Shown here: in pieces, positions 12,165 to 24,819 of the stretch
How the letters are laid out: each line of letters begins with the position of its first letter
How positions within the stretch are numbered: the stretch's first letter is position 1
NCBI GenBank assembly: GCA_002269645.1
Contig: NIVC01001145.1
Location: forward strand, 124,001 to 188,000
From: Macrostomum lignano
Lineage: Eukaryota
Length of the DNA: 64,000 nt
Direction: 5' to 3'
Position numbers and translations under genes: made by a program
Notes under the pieces: generated by a model
Database searches by the model: none
What the model was told of the DNA's origin: nothing
What the model saw: the letters and a program-made list of their open reading frames with translations, nothing else

Positions 12165-13250
12165 CCCCCTTCTCTAGTCCAAAAAGCAACCACCCCACTC
12201 CCTAGTCCAATAAACTACCACCCCACTCCCTAGTCCAATAAGTAACCAGCTCACTCTCTAGTTCAATAAACAACGACCCCACTCCCTAGTCCAATAAATA
12301 ACCACCCCACTCCCCAGTCCAATAAGCAACCAGCTCACTCTCTAGTTCAAAAAGCAACTACCTCACTCCCTAGTCTAATAAGCAACTACCCCACTCCCTA
12401 GTCCAATAAGCAACCACCTCACTCCCTAGTCCAATAAACAACCACCCCACTCCCTAGTTCAATAAATAACCACCCCACTCCCTAGTCCAATAAATAACCA
12501 CCCCACTCCCTAGTCTAATAAGCAACTACCCCACTCCCTAGTCCAATAAGCAACCACCTCACTCCCTAGTCCAATAAACAACCACCCCACTCCTTAGTCC
12601 AATAAATAACCACCCCACTCCCTAGTCCAATAAATAACCACCCCACTCCCTAGTCTAATAAGCAACTACCCCACTCCCTAGTCCAATAAATAACCACCCC
12701 ACTCCCCAGTCCAATAAGCAACCAGCTCACTCTCTAGTTCAAAAAGCAACTACCTCACTCCCTAGTCTAATAAGCAACTACCCCACTCCCTAGTCCAATA
12801 AGCAACCACCTCACTCCCTAGTCCAATAAACAACCACCCCACTCCCTAGTTCAATAAATAACCACCCCACTCCCTAGTCCAATAAATAACCACCCCACTC
12901 CCTAGTCTAATAAGCAACTACCCCACTCCCTAGTCCAATAAGCAACCACCTCACTCCCTAGTCCAATAAACAACCACCCCACTCCTTAGTCCAATAAATA
13001 ACCACCCCACTCCCTAGTCCAATAAATAACCACCCCACTCCCTAGTCTAATAAGCAACTACCCCACTCCCTAGTCCAATAAGCAACCACCTCACTCCCTA
13101 GTCCAATAAACAACCACCCCACTCCCTAGTCCAATAAATAACCACCCCACTCCCTAGTCCAATAAATAACCACCCCACTCCCTAGTCTAATAAGCAACTA
13201 CCCCACTCCCTAGTCCAATAAATAACCACCCCACTCCCCAGTCCAATAAG
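12165..13250. repeat. 28-bp minisatellite CCCCACTCCCTAGTCCAATAAATAACCA
   Basis: Read directly. Confidence 0.95.
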
Positions 13251-14639
13251 CAATCGGTGCACTCAATAGCCCAGATAAAAACAAAGGCAAAAAGAAACGT
13301 CTGAATTTTACATCAGCAGCGCACTGTGCACCGTGTCTATTTTACATAATTTCTCATTTCTTCGTGTTTTCTAACTGAAAGAAATATTCGTTGCAACAAA
13401 ACTTTAAAGCGACCACAGACGAAGTACATCTAGGTTATATTCGTACAGAAAACAAAATAGGAATCTGCTTAGATCCAGCTGATAAAAACTGAGATTAAAG
13501 GAAGACAAAAGTAGATTAATTTGCAAACAAGTTTTCGAATAATTCATTATGACTCCATTACATCTATCAGACAAACAGATACTAATAAGCGAGTGCTAAA
13601 AATCTTTTTTGGAAATGATGAGGCTATATAGCCTATTACATTTTGGAGGTCTTGTTTTAAACATAAGGGGGACGAGTGAGACTTGAATATATTGCTTTTC
13701 AAAAAATCCCAAATCCCGAAAAACGTGACAACATCTTCCTACGAATGGTTGAACTAAATCAGAGGTAGGCAAAGCCTCTCTATCTGGCCCTCAGGTCCTT
13801 TGGAAATCCGGTCTGCTCAAGGTTTGCGTCTCTTCTCTGCTCTCTCCTCTCTTCCCGCTGCCATGAGCTAAGTTTGCGATCTGGCCCTTAAGGTTAAAAA
13901 ACACTTTGCGACCTCTGAGCTAAACAAACAAAGACAAAAAAACACCAAATACTACTTTTTTCAGTTATTAGCAGTAGCAGGTATCAGTACAGTGCATTGA
14001 AGATTTTTTTGCAGTAATTCTGTACTAATGTTGCCCAATATCTCACCCAGACACAGAAAGTTTAAAGTTTTGGTTACTTCAGTACAATACAACTTGGTAT
14101 TTTTTACTGACTTGAAAAATGCAATCAGCACGGAGGTTGAATACTTATACTTAAGAAATAGAATGGAGAATGGAGGATATTGTATGCATATCTCATAAAC
14201 AGTGCGTCACCTTAATTCCTACCGCTTGAGGATTGCATCTAAAAATATGTTAGATTAGGCGCTGACATATCTTTTTGTCTAACTAACAAATACACATTAG
14301 CGTAAGTGCAGGTAAACATTAGCACATAGCAAAGTGAAGTAATAAGGCCGTGTTCATCAAGCAAAATTGGAAGGTCGGTCCAGTAAATACAGAAAATGTT
14401 TTAGGCATAGAAATGATTGCCTAGATACTTATCTATACCAAATATGATTTATTATGTATGCATATATAGATACTTATTGACTGTATTCAGGACTTCAAGA
14501 CCGAATGAAAGGCTGGAATAATCTTTAACTAAAATCTGCAACCTGCTAAATGATAGCTCAGGATTAGAGACTAATTAAAAGGCTAATTGTATGTAGGATG
14601 GGGAGGCTGAGGGAGAAGAGGGGGAGAACAGAAAATAGC

Positions 14640-15325
14640 GAGACAGGGAGGAGAGAGAGAGATCAAAAAGGGAGATAGGGGAAGAAAGGGGAATAGAAAA
14701 GAGGGAAGTAGGGGAGAGGGAGATAGGAGAGAGAGAGATAGGAGAGGGAGATAGGAGAGAGGGAGATAGGAGAGAGGGAGATAGGGGAGAGGGAGATAGG
14801 AGAGAGGGAGATAGGGGAGAGGAGATAGGGGAGAGGGAGATAGGGGAGAGGGAGATATGAGAGAGGGAGATAGGAGAGAGGGATATATGAGAGAGGGATA
14901 TATGAGAGAGGGATATATGAGAGAGGGAGATAGGAGAGAGGGAGATAGGGGAGAGGGAGATAGGAGAGAGGGATATATGAGAGAGGGAGATAGGAGAGAG
15001 GGACATACATGCGCAACAGTCGGCCGATCCGGCCGACCGATTTGGCGGCCAACCAAGGTAAGTCGCAAAAATGCCCACCCCAAAGAATAGACGTAGTACT
15101 AATTAGATAACGAGGCATTTAGTCCTTATAAAACAGTCATAGTTACTCCTGCCGTTTACCCAAAATTGCGTTAATTTTTCTTTCGGGTTTCTTTCACAGG
15201 TAAGTCGCATTTTTTGTTAAAACTAAGTCGCACGGCCGATCGAATTTTGGAGGTTGCGCATGTATGGAGAGGGAGATAGGAGAGAGAGAGAGATAGGAGA
15301 GGGAGATAGGGGAGAGGGAGATAGT
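14640..15325. repeat. 15-bp purine-rich satellite GGAGAGAGGGAGATA, interrupted by a MITE
   Basis: Read directly. Confidence 0.9.
15004..15266. mobile_element. MITE (263 bp) with perfect 14-bp TIRs and 8-bp TSD (hAT/P-like)
   Basis: TIR CATACATGCGCAAC (15004-15017) / GTTGCGCATGTATG (15253-15266). Both flanks read GAGAGGGA. It interrupts a GA-rich satellite. Confidence 0.8.
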
Positions 15326-15648
15326 CCTCCAGATCCGATAGCTACAGACAGTAGTTAGTAGACCAGAGTAAAACAAAACAAACAAACAAAACAAGGAATA
15401 CCGGTGAAAAATACTCGACAACTGAGCAACACAAGCAGAACTTCAGCTAATTCGTATGTAAAAACGCATTTTACCAAATTGAAATTGCGGACCAGAACAA
15501 AAACTTAAATAGACTTGAAAAGCAAAATCACCGAAAATATTTTGAACAGAAATTTTGGTAATTAGGAATATGCATATTTATATATAGATATAAATATTCG
15601 AGCAATAATTCCTGTTATTAATCTGGGGCGGGCTAGTTAAAAGAGTAC

Positions 15649-18641
15649 TTACATAGACAGCATGCACTCTAGTGGTAATCTGTTCTCTGCTCCAGTTCGA
15701 TTGAGAATCTCCGACCAAGCGGCTCGGACTTTATCAGCTTTTCTGGCGTAGCCGTGGCTGGCGATGAGGCCAGGGAAGCTGGGACTGTCTGGGTAAACCG
15801 GACTGAAGCTGTGAATTCGTTCAGCGTGCAACGGCACAATGCGCAGCTTGTGCATCAGGATGCCCAGGAAGACGTCATCGAAGCGGAGGTACCTGACAAT
15901 GAAATTCAATTCACAGCTTCTTTCACCTTATAAAACTGTTCTGTCCTGCGCCCCCTCCCTCCTCTCTTCCGCCATTCCCTCCTCTCTTCCACCCCTTCCC
16001 TTCTCTTTTCTGGCCCCTCCCTCCTCTATTCCGCCCTTCCCTCCTCTCTTCCGCCCCTTCCCTTCTCTTTTCTGGCCCCTCCCTCCTCTATTCCGCCCTT
16101 CCCTCCTCTCTTCCGCCCCTTCCCTTCTCTTTTCTGGCCCCTCCCTCCTCTCTTCCGCCATTCCCTCCTCTCTTCCGCCCCTTCCCTCCTCTCTTCCGCC
16201 CTTACCTCCTCTCTTCCGCCCCTTCCCTTCTCTTTTCTGGCCCCTCCCTCCTCTATTCCGCCCCTTTCCTCTTCTCTTCCGCCCCCTCCCTCCTTTCTTC
16301 CGCCCCGTCCCTCCTCTCTTCCGCCCCTTCCCTTCTCTCCTCCGGCCCCTCCCTCCTCTATTCCGCCCCTTTCCTCTTCTCTTCCGCCCCCTCCCTCCTT
16401 TCTTCCGCCCCGTCCCTCCTCTCTTCCGCCCCTCCCTCCTCTCTTCCGCCCTTCCCTCCTCTCTTCCGCCCCTTCTCTCCTCTCTTCCGCCCTTCTCTCC
16501 TCTCTTCCGCCCCTTCCCTTCTCTCCTCCGGCCCCTCCCTCCTCTCTTCCGCCCCTCCCTTTTCTCTTCCGCCCCTTCCCTCCTCTCATCCTTTCGCTCC
16601 TTCCCTCCTCTCTTCGGCCCCTTCCCTCCTCTCTTCCGCCCTTTTCCCTCATCTCTTCCACTACTTATTTTCTTCTATTAGTATTTGTGTTAATTAACCA
16701 GCAACTTGGCTAACAGCAAAGCAACGCAGCAGACTCCCTACCTAGTATATTCCATAGCGATAGTGAAGTCCTTAATAACCGGCATAGACACCAGAAACGC
16801 GCCGGCAGACACGTAAGCCGGATACATTGGCCAGGGATATTCTCGATAGGATATCAACCAGCGGCTCTGCGGATTGCGCTTGGGCGCCCGACGAACCGGG
16901 GCCGCATTGCGCCAGACAAAACCGGCCATTGTGCCTGCGTAGGACTCGGGCGGAATGGCATCGGCAAACCGGACCAAATTCAACGGGTTGACAACGTAGT
17001 CGTCGTCCAAGAAGAAGGCGAATCTGCGCGAGTGAGGTAACCATTTTTATCTACTTGGGATTGTCGCGGCGATTCGAACTTCAGGGGCCATTGGGATTCG
17101 AATGATTTTGTGGATGGGTCATTGGGATTCGAATGCTTTTGTGGATGGGTTATTGGGATTCGAATGTTTTTGGGGATGGGTCATTGGGATTCGAATGATT
17201 TTGTGGATGGGTCATTGGGATTCGAATGATTTTGTGGATGGGTCATTGGGATTCGAATGTTTTTGTGGATGGGTCATTGGGATTCGAATGATTTTGTGGA
17301 TGGGTCATTGGGATTCGAATGATTTTGTGGATGGGTCATTGGGATTCGAATGTTTTTGTGGATGGGTCATTGGGATTCGAATGTTTTTGTGGATGGGTCA
17401 TTGGGATTCGAATGATTTTGTGGATGGGTCAATGGGATTCGAATGATTTTGTGGATGGGTCATTGGGATTCGAATGCTTTTGTGGATGGGTCATTGGGAT
17501 TCGAATGATTTTGTGGATGGGTCATTGGGATTCGAATGATTTTGTGGATGGGTCATTGGGATTCGAATGCTTTTGTGGATGGGTTTTTGGGATTTGAATG
17601 TTTTTGTGGATGGCTCAATGGGATTCGAATGTTTTTGTGGATGGGTCATTGGGATTCGAATGCTTTTGTGGATGGGTCATTGGGATTCGAATGATTTTGT
17701 GGATGGGTCATTGGGATTCGAATGATTTTGTGGATGGGTTATTGGGATTCGAATGATAAAACAGACTGACAGGTACTCCCAAAGGTGTCTCACCTCGCAC
17801 CCTGACAATGAGCAATCATCCAGCTGAAACTGGACATCATCTTCAGCGTATTATTAAAATAATGATCGACAAAGTCTGCTTGCACTATGTCGCCATATTT
17901 AGCCACTTCTTTAGCCAATTTTTCGGCATACTCCGAAGATTTTGGATCGGCAGATTTCGGCTGGCCAACCATGAATACTCGACGGACTTTATTTACGGAA
18001 CTGGATGATGATGATGATGATGAGGAAGACGATGAAGAAGAAGCTGAGCCAGCAGTTGGCCAGCAATCAAAGTTGCCCCAAGTTTCCCTGATTAATTGTC
18101 GTTGATCGAAATGACTGAGAGCTGATTTAATCACCAGCACTATTGCAGGTTGCTGCTGCTGCTGCTGCTTCTGCTGACTCCTTCCAGTGAGCTTATACGG
18201 TTTGCACAGATCGGCCTGATTAATAGGAAATTGAAAATTATGCCGATTTATTGGCGCCACATTCACTGACAGATTGTGGCGCACCCGGCTAACTAGTTGA
18301 ACCATGTCAACTAGCAACGGATATTTGAAGTCTTCGCTGCCAATATGAACCGACTCGGATGACGTGTCGTTAGCCACTTTTAAGAACACGTTGTACTCTG
18401 GTAGAGCCATAATAGCGTCAAGAGGATTTGGTTTAGTCGGGCCGGGCTTTGGCTTAGCCGTATTAGCGAATGTGAAATAGCTGATTAATATAGTGCTGTG
18501 AATGCACAAGATGATGAATACGACTAGAAAGGCTGGATTTTTAACCACCTCGCAGCAGATTTCGCCGCACACATAGAAACAGGAGCCGCAATGGTGCAGC
18601 GGTGCGCATAAGCAGCGGAGTGCGCGTCTGAATGGCAGCAT
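15649..18641 (-). CDS. Beta-1,3-galactosyltransferase/brainiac-like glycosyltransferase (GT31). Exons 18641-17794, 17023-16742, 15892-15649
   Basis: Type II TM anchor; motifs VIKSALSHFDQRQLIRETWG, RVFMVG, EVAKYGDIVQADFVDHYFNNTLKMM, FFLDDDYVVN, YPAYVSAGAFL, RFDDVFLGI. Two phase-2 GT-AG introns. Confidence 0.93.
15945..16660. repeat. Pyrimidine-rich CTCCTCTCTTCCGCCC-type repeat (glycosyltransferase intron)
   Basis: Read directly. Confidence 0.9.
17090..17755. repeat. 31-bp minisatellite TTGGGATTCGAATGATTTTGTGGATGGGTCA (glycosyltransferase intron)
   Basis: Read directly. Confidence 0.95.
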
Positions 18642-18909
18642 TCAGGACCGCCTGGCTCTGTCTGCGTGTACGCGATAGGGCCGGCCGTCTACTGTATGGG
18701 GGTGAGGAGAGAGCAGAGTGCACAACGGCGGGTCTCTCCTTAAATATGCTCTGGTGTGCGCAGTGTGGACACTGTCTTTGGCGTATTGTTTAATCTGAAA
18801 AGATAACAGACCACATTGCTGAAAGAGGTGAAGTCAATTAATTCGATTCACACTGAGCTAGGCTAGGCTGGATAAAGTTCAACAAAATAACGTGCATACA
18901 TGGGATAGA

Positions 18910-19244
18910 AAGACAGCCACTAAGACAGACATACAGACAGACAGACAGACGCTAAGACAGACAGACACTAAGACAGACAGACACTAAGATAGACAGACAG
19001 ACAGACACTAAGAGAGACAGACAGACAGACAGATAGACAGAGACAGACAGACAGACACTAAGACTAAGAGAGACAGACGGACAGACAGACAGACAGACAC
19101 TAGGAGAGACAGACGGACGGACAGACAGACAGACAGACATACAGACACTAAGATAGACACACACACAGACACTAAGACAGACAGACACAGACAGACACTA
19201 AGACAGACAGACAGACACTAAGAGAGACCGACGGACAGACAGAC

Positions 19245-19295
<51 letters not shown>

Positions 19296-19376
19296 TACAG
19301 ACACTAAGACAGACAGACACAGACAGACACTAAGACAGACAGACAGACACTAAGAGAGACCGACGGACAGACAGAC

Positions 19377-19443
<67 letters not shown>

Positions 19444-19689
19444 GACAGACAGACAGACAGACACTAAGACAGACAGACACAGACAGACACTAAGACAGAC
19501 AGACAGACACTAAGACTTAAGAGAGACAGACGGACAGAAAGACAGACAGACAGACACTAGGAGAGACAGACGGACGGACAGACAGACAGACAGACATACA
19601 GACACTAAGATAGACACACACACAGACACTAAGACAGACAGACACAGACAGACAGACAGACACTAAGAGAGACCGACGGACAGACAGAC

Positions 19690-19740
<51 letters not shown>

Positions 19741-20019
19741 TACAGACACTAAGACAGACAGACACAGACAGACACTAAGACAGACAGACAGACACTAAGA
19801 GAGACCGACGGACAGACAGACAGAGACAGACAGACAGACAGACAGACAGAGACAGACAGACAGACAGACAGACAGAGACAGACAGACAGAGACAGACAGA
19901 CAGACAGACACTAAGACAGACAGACACAGACAGACACTAAGACAGACAGACAGACACTAAGACTTAAGAGAGACAGACGGACAGAAAGACAGACAGACAG
20001 ACACTAGGAGAGACAGACG

Positions 20020-20065
<46 letters not shown>

Positions 20066-20105
20066 GACAGACAGACAGACAGACAGACACAGACGGACAG
20101 ACAGG
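18910..20105. repeat. Interrupted (GACA)n with recurring CTAA variants
   Basis: Read directly. Confidence 0.93.
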
Positions 20106-20530
20106 CAAAAAGACAAATCGGTTTACAGGACTAAAAATAGAACTTTAACCTTCCAGTTACTCATAGTGACAACAGAGGTCTGATCTGAAATTCTCACACT
20201 GAGTAAACAAACAAACAAACAGTTAATTACCACCTGATAGAACGAAAAAACAAAAACCGATTAAGAAATTATTGACCAAAATGGGCTTAAACTACGGCAT
20301 TTATCAGTTTAATTAATTTATCATCATTTTTAACTACTGCTATTACTAAATATAATGATAATAAAAATAATGCCAATAGAAACTATTTCAGACAAGGCTG
20401 ATAAGTTGCGCTTATTCTTTTATAAATATTAATTCAATATCTATAAATAATGCAGCAATGCAAAATCAAAGACAAATTGAATTCCAACTCGAAGTCTCAA
20501 ACAGGCACTTGACAGATCCTCTCTGTCTCC

Positions 20531-21190
20531 CTAGTCCTGTCGAGCCTTATTAAAGAACTCGTCGTCCAACATTCCAGACCGCGCCTGCTGCGGCTGCTGC
20601 TGCTGGTCAGAATCTGAGCTTTTCAATCCACTTCTATCGTCTTCATAGTAACTACTGCTGAACGGTTTCTGGTACTGTTCGCTGAATGAGCCGTAGCTGT
20701 AGTCCGGCTTAACATAGATTGGGTCTTTCTTCGGCTGCTGCTGCTGCTGAGAAGGCGGCGGCGCTAGAGGCAGATCAGACAAATCCTGAATCGAGCGTTG
20801 ATTATCCAGAGATATGTCTCGCTTTGGCCATTGCTGCTGCTGCGGATGTTGTTGTTGCTTCTGCTGCTGCTGTTGCAGAGGCTGCTTCTTCATCAGCATT
20901 GTCTTAACAGCGCTCTGCTCCTCATCTGTGTCCATAAATTTCCGTCTACAAACGCCCAGGTAGGACACCCTGCCTAGGATATTGCCAGCCACAATTGAGC
21001 CCAGATATCGTAGGGCTATGAATTTTTGGTAATGACCCAGGCGATGACGCCAGAAGGTCACCAGGGTCAGGGCGGCGCTAAATGGTAAACAGCGCCTGTA
21101 GAAACTCTCTTGCTGACATTGGCGCAGCAGCTCCCGATCTAGATCGGTCAGGGCCAATTCGCCTGACTGATTAGCGCCTGGAAAAGCCAT
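20531..21190 (-). CDS. OCIAD1: OCIA domain-containing protein (OCIAD1/asrij-like), intronless, with a poly-Q C-terminal region
   Basis: DRELLRQCQQESFYRRCLPFSA...GNILGRVSYLGVCRRKF matches the OCIA consensus (EC..ESF..RS.P...G...GK.SY...C..KF). Confidence 0.85.
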   Translation of the reverse strand: MAFPGANQSGELALTDLDRELLRQCQQESFYRRCLPFSAALTLVTFWRHRLGHYQKFIALRYLGSIVAGNILGRVSYLGVCRRKFMDTDEEQSAVKTMLMKKQPLQQQQQKQQQHPQQQQWPKRDISLDNQRSIQDLSDLPLAPPPSQQQQQPKKDPIYVKPDYSYGSFSEQYQKPFSSSYYEDDRSGLKSSDSDQQQQPQQARSGMLDDEFFNKARQD

Positions 21191-23624
21191 CAATTTGCAA
21201 TTTGTTTTTTTGGATTAATACTACTTAATGAAAGTAGTATAGTTGCGCTAAATTTGAAATAGCTAGTCAGAATAGTCTATAGTTTGGAAACACTATATTT
21301 AACATCTTTAGATTATAGGTTTTTGACTGAATTCACGTGGAGCTTTAAAAACTGTTTATCTAATTTAAATTGCATATAAAAATTAACTTTAAATCCCTAA
21401 TATTATTATTATAGACATTTATAAACACATACTAGAAAAACAATGAAATTTTGATTGTACAATATATATTATACATAAGGATACAACTAGAAATTCAATG
21501 AAAAGAATGATTTTTATGGGTCAAGATCAAATGGGGATATAGAATAAACAATATAAGCCTATATTAAATATAATATATTTTGCTATTGTAAAGAAAAAGA
21601 GGGCAAAAACAGAGTTTGCCATTTGATTTAAATTCAATTCAATAAAATTGAAATTAAACTATATATAATATATACAATAAAGCCTAAAAAGTTTCTTTTC
21701 ATTAATTAGGTTGCATTGGCATTAGTTACTAATGAGTAAATTAGAAAATAGAACTAGATAAAAAAGGAAGCAGCAACAGAATCATCAGACAAAAGTAGAT
21801 AATCAGAAGAAAGAATAAAAATAAAAGCTAGATATTAACTATACCTAGGCCCAATAACTTTTCATAATAGAGATCCATTTGGGTAGTTCAATTAAAGACA
21901 ATTGCAACATTAGAATCTATTATTAAATAAAGATAGATAGAAAGCCTATACTAAAAAACACATGGAAAATAAAGTTGTCAATATAAAGCTTTTTCAAAAC
22001 AGGGGATTGTTTTATTGCTTTATTAATAAACTATAGCTTGATTAATTATGCTCCCTAATATAATAACCACATAAAAAATAAGTAATTTTTTAAGTTTTTT
22101 TCTTTATTTCACTAAATACATAAAGTATTTTGGCAAAAAAACTAATAAAATTATAGTAAACAAAATCATTTAAATAGTTTTAGAAAGGCAAATAACCATT
22201 CTTTAGTCTAAGGCTAGGCCCTACTATGATTTAATTTCTCTAATATCCCAATTTTATTCATAATTTCCAAGTATCATAAGTTCAAGCAGTGAGACACTTT
22301 ATACAAGGGAATACCTGATGCAGCTTTCTGACCTGCCACATCATCCAGTTGGAAGCCCTCTGCTTTTGGCTGCTATATAAAGTGTTGCTGCTCAAGCTAT
22401 AAGGACCACACAGGCTAGGCCAAGGGCAAACAGTGAGATTCTCTTCTTTGCCCCCCCTTTTTCTTCTCCCTCCTTTCTCTTTTTTCCTTATCTCTATTCT
22501 CTCTCTCTCTCCTAATATATATTTTCTCATAATGTTTGTATAACAAAAATAACAAAATCTCTTATTCTTGACATGCAAGATCTTTTGTGAAGGTGATGGC
22601 TTACTTATCAGTTGGTTTCCAGAAAACCTCCTTTGCAGTCTAGCCTTCTTTAATAGTGGCAAATGCTAGGTAGCTTCCTCATTAGCTTCATTTATCTTAA
22701 CTTAAGCCCCCATCTTCCTAACCACAATGTGCATATATCAAAAATTTTGTTTGAGTCTCCAACCTAAGGGACTTAAGAGCTACTTTTGTATTGAAAAGGA
22801 AAACATAACTTAATTGTAGCCCTCCTCTATTTCAATCCCAATGTACATATAGTGTCCAAGACCAAAATTTCTGTTTTTGTTGCTTGAGTCCCTGATTCTA
22901 GGGGCTTTAAAGCTCTTCTAACATTGAAAATGAAAATATTTATCTGAAATCTAGTCTTCACCATCCTAACCTATCTTAACTATAGGATGTCAAAGCCTAT
23001 TAACTACTTGTAAGTTGTAATACAAGGTAAAATGGTGGCTAGCAGCTTTTTGTTATCAACAAATAAAAAAGATAGAAACAATGGCTACAAATTACATAAA
23101 GAATAGAACTAGTTAGAAAGCTGAAAGAGTAATAAAGTATAGGCTCTAGGCCCCCCTAATACTAATTGACATTCTAAATTATATGAAAAATATCAAAATT
23201 GTAGTCAAACAAGAAATTAAATTTGATAACAATAGCAAGCAAGTTTATTCTATTTGATCTAGGCCTAATATAGGCCTAATGTTTTTATTTTAGAGTTTGA
23301 AGTATTTAAGGCTTTTTGTTTATGCTCCCTAATGACTGCCCAGTTTTTAAATGCTTTTCCTATTTATATAGTAAATAATGTTTCTATGTTTTATTTATAG
23401 GCTAGGCCTAGCCTACTTTGATATTTTATATTTTTTATATCATTTTATATTGCATTTGATATTAACAGAGATGCAAACCATTGATAATAAACATGCAAAA
23501 GTGCATTTATTTTATGTCACTTACATTAATTATAATAAGTTTATTGGATTTAAGCTAGTTAAATGTCCTATTCCCAGTGTCCCCATCCATGTCCCAGTTT
23601 TCTAAAATTTGGGGGCCTATTGAT

Positions 23625-24033
23625 TAGAGGTCAGATGGGATCCCAATCCCGATCCTGAAATCTTGGGATCCCAAGGAAAATTGAATTCCCGTGGGACCAG
23701 AGTCCCGACTTTAAATAACTTGAGATTCGGGAACAGGTCTTTTGATTAAAAATTTATAGAATTAGTGATTACTCGAAGGTATTTTGCTTTAACTTGTACT
23801 CATTACATTATTTACTTTATTGGTTACAAAAATTCATAGGGGGGCCTATCAATTTCGTTGTGTTTTACTTCTTGATCTTGATAATCTTTTCTCAATTTTG
23901 TTTAACTTTACATGGACAATACACTAAAAGACCTGATCCCGATTCCCAAATCCCGATCCCGATCCCAATCCCGAGAAAAAAATTATTCCCAATCCCGATC
24001 CTGCCCGAAGATTTCAATCCCGTCCGACCTCTA
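23625..24033. mobile_element. hAT-type MITE (409 bp)
   Basis: TIR TAGAGGTCAGATGGGA / TCCCGTCCGACCTCTA (14/16). Exact 8-bp TSD CTATTGAT at 23617-23624 and 24034-24041. Subterminal ATCCCG repeats and an inner inverted pair (TCGGGAACAGGTCTTTT / AAAAGACCTGATCCCGA). Confidence 0.88.
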
Positions 24034-24819
24034 CTATTGATAGTCAAAAAATGATTATAAAATATAATTATAAATAGTTTTTTTAGTTTTTTCAACCTTA
24101 GCACTATTTTTAGCACCTATATAAAAAGTAGTAGGGGGCCTATGAATGGATATATTTTGGATTCTAGATTCTTGGATTCTATTTTGGAATCATGGGCATA
24201 GATTGAACATTTTGTGTAAGTTCTATAAGTTGTAGAAAATGGTTGAAAATTAAAATCTCTTTTTATATTGCCAAAAAAAGTCATAATGAAGCTAGGTAAG
24301 CCCTAACACTAACAATAAACTTGCTCTATAGATTGCCATATACTGCAAAGGCAACTTTTATAAGAGTTTCTTGATTAGCACTATATTAGGTCTAAGATAG
24401 AAGTTTTGCATGGTCATATAGTTTATAAAAATTTGCATCAAAAAGGATTTCTTATGTTTTTAAGAATTTTGCTTTGTTCAAGAATAAGGTTTTTTCCAGG
24501 CTTTTCTGGGTTTTTCAAAGTTTTTTAAAGCATGGATACCCTGCATAGGCCTATAGATTGTCTCCCAAAAAGTGTGCATGCATAGGCCTAGCTGCCTACT
24601 GAGACACCTTTTTGACTATGTATATTGTATAATATATCATGTCTGGCAATCCTATACTTCTGTTCAGTAAATTATTTTGACACTGAATTTTGAACAGGCA
24701 TGTTAAATAACAATGTAACCAAACAAAACTGAAACAGTGGAACATGGTAGCAGTCTGTTAGAGCGCATAGTCACTTAGAGTGTGTCTGCAGGTCATTAAG
24801 GTGTCTATAATGGATAGGC

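Noticed and set aside
22282-23100. HLP...KRFCYFC peptide reminiscent of a piggyBac Cys-rich tail
   Set aside because: Too degenerate; no DDD core, TTAA TSD or TIR could be identified. Counted only as part of the CpG-depleted decayed DNA.
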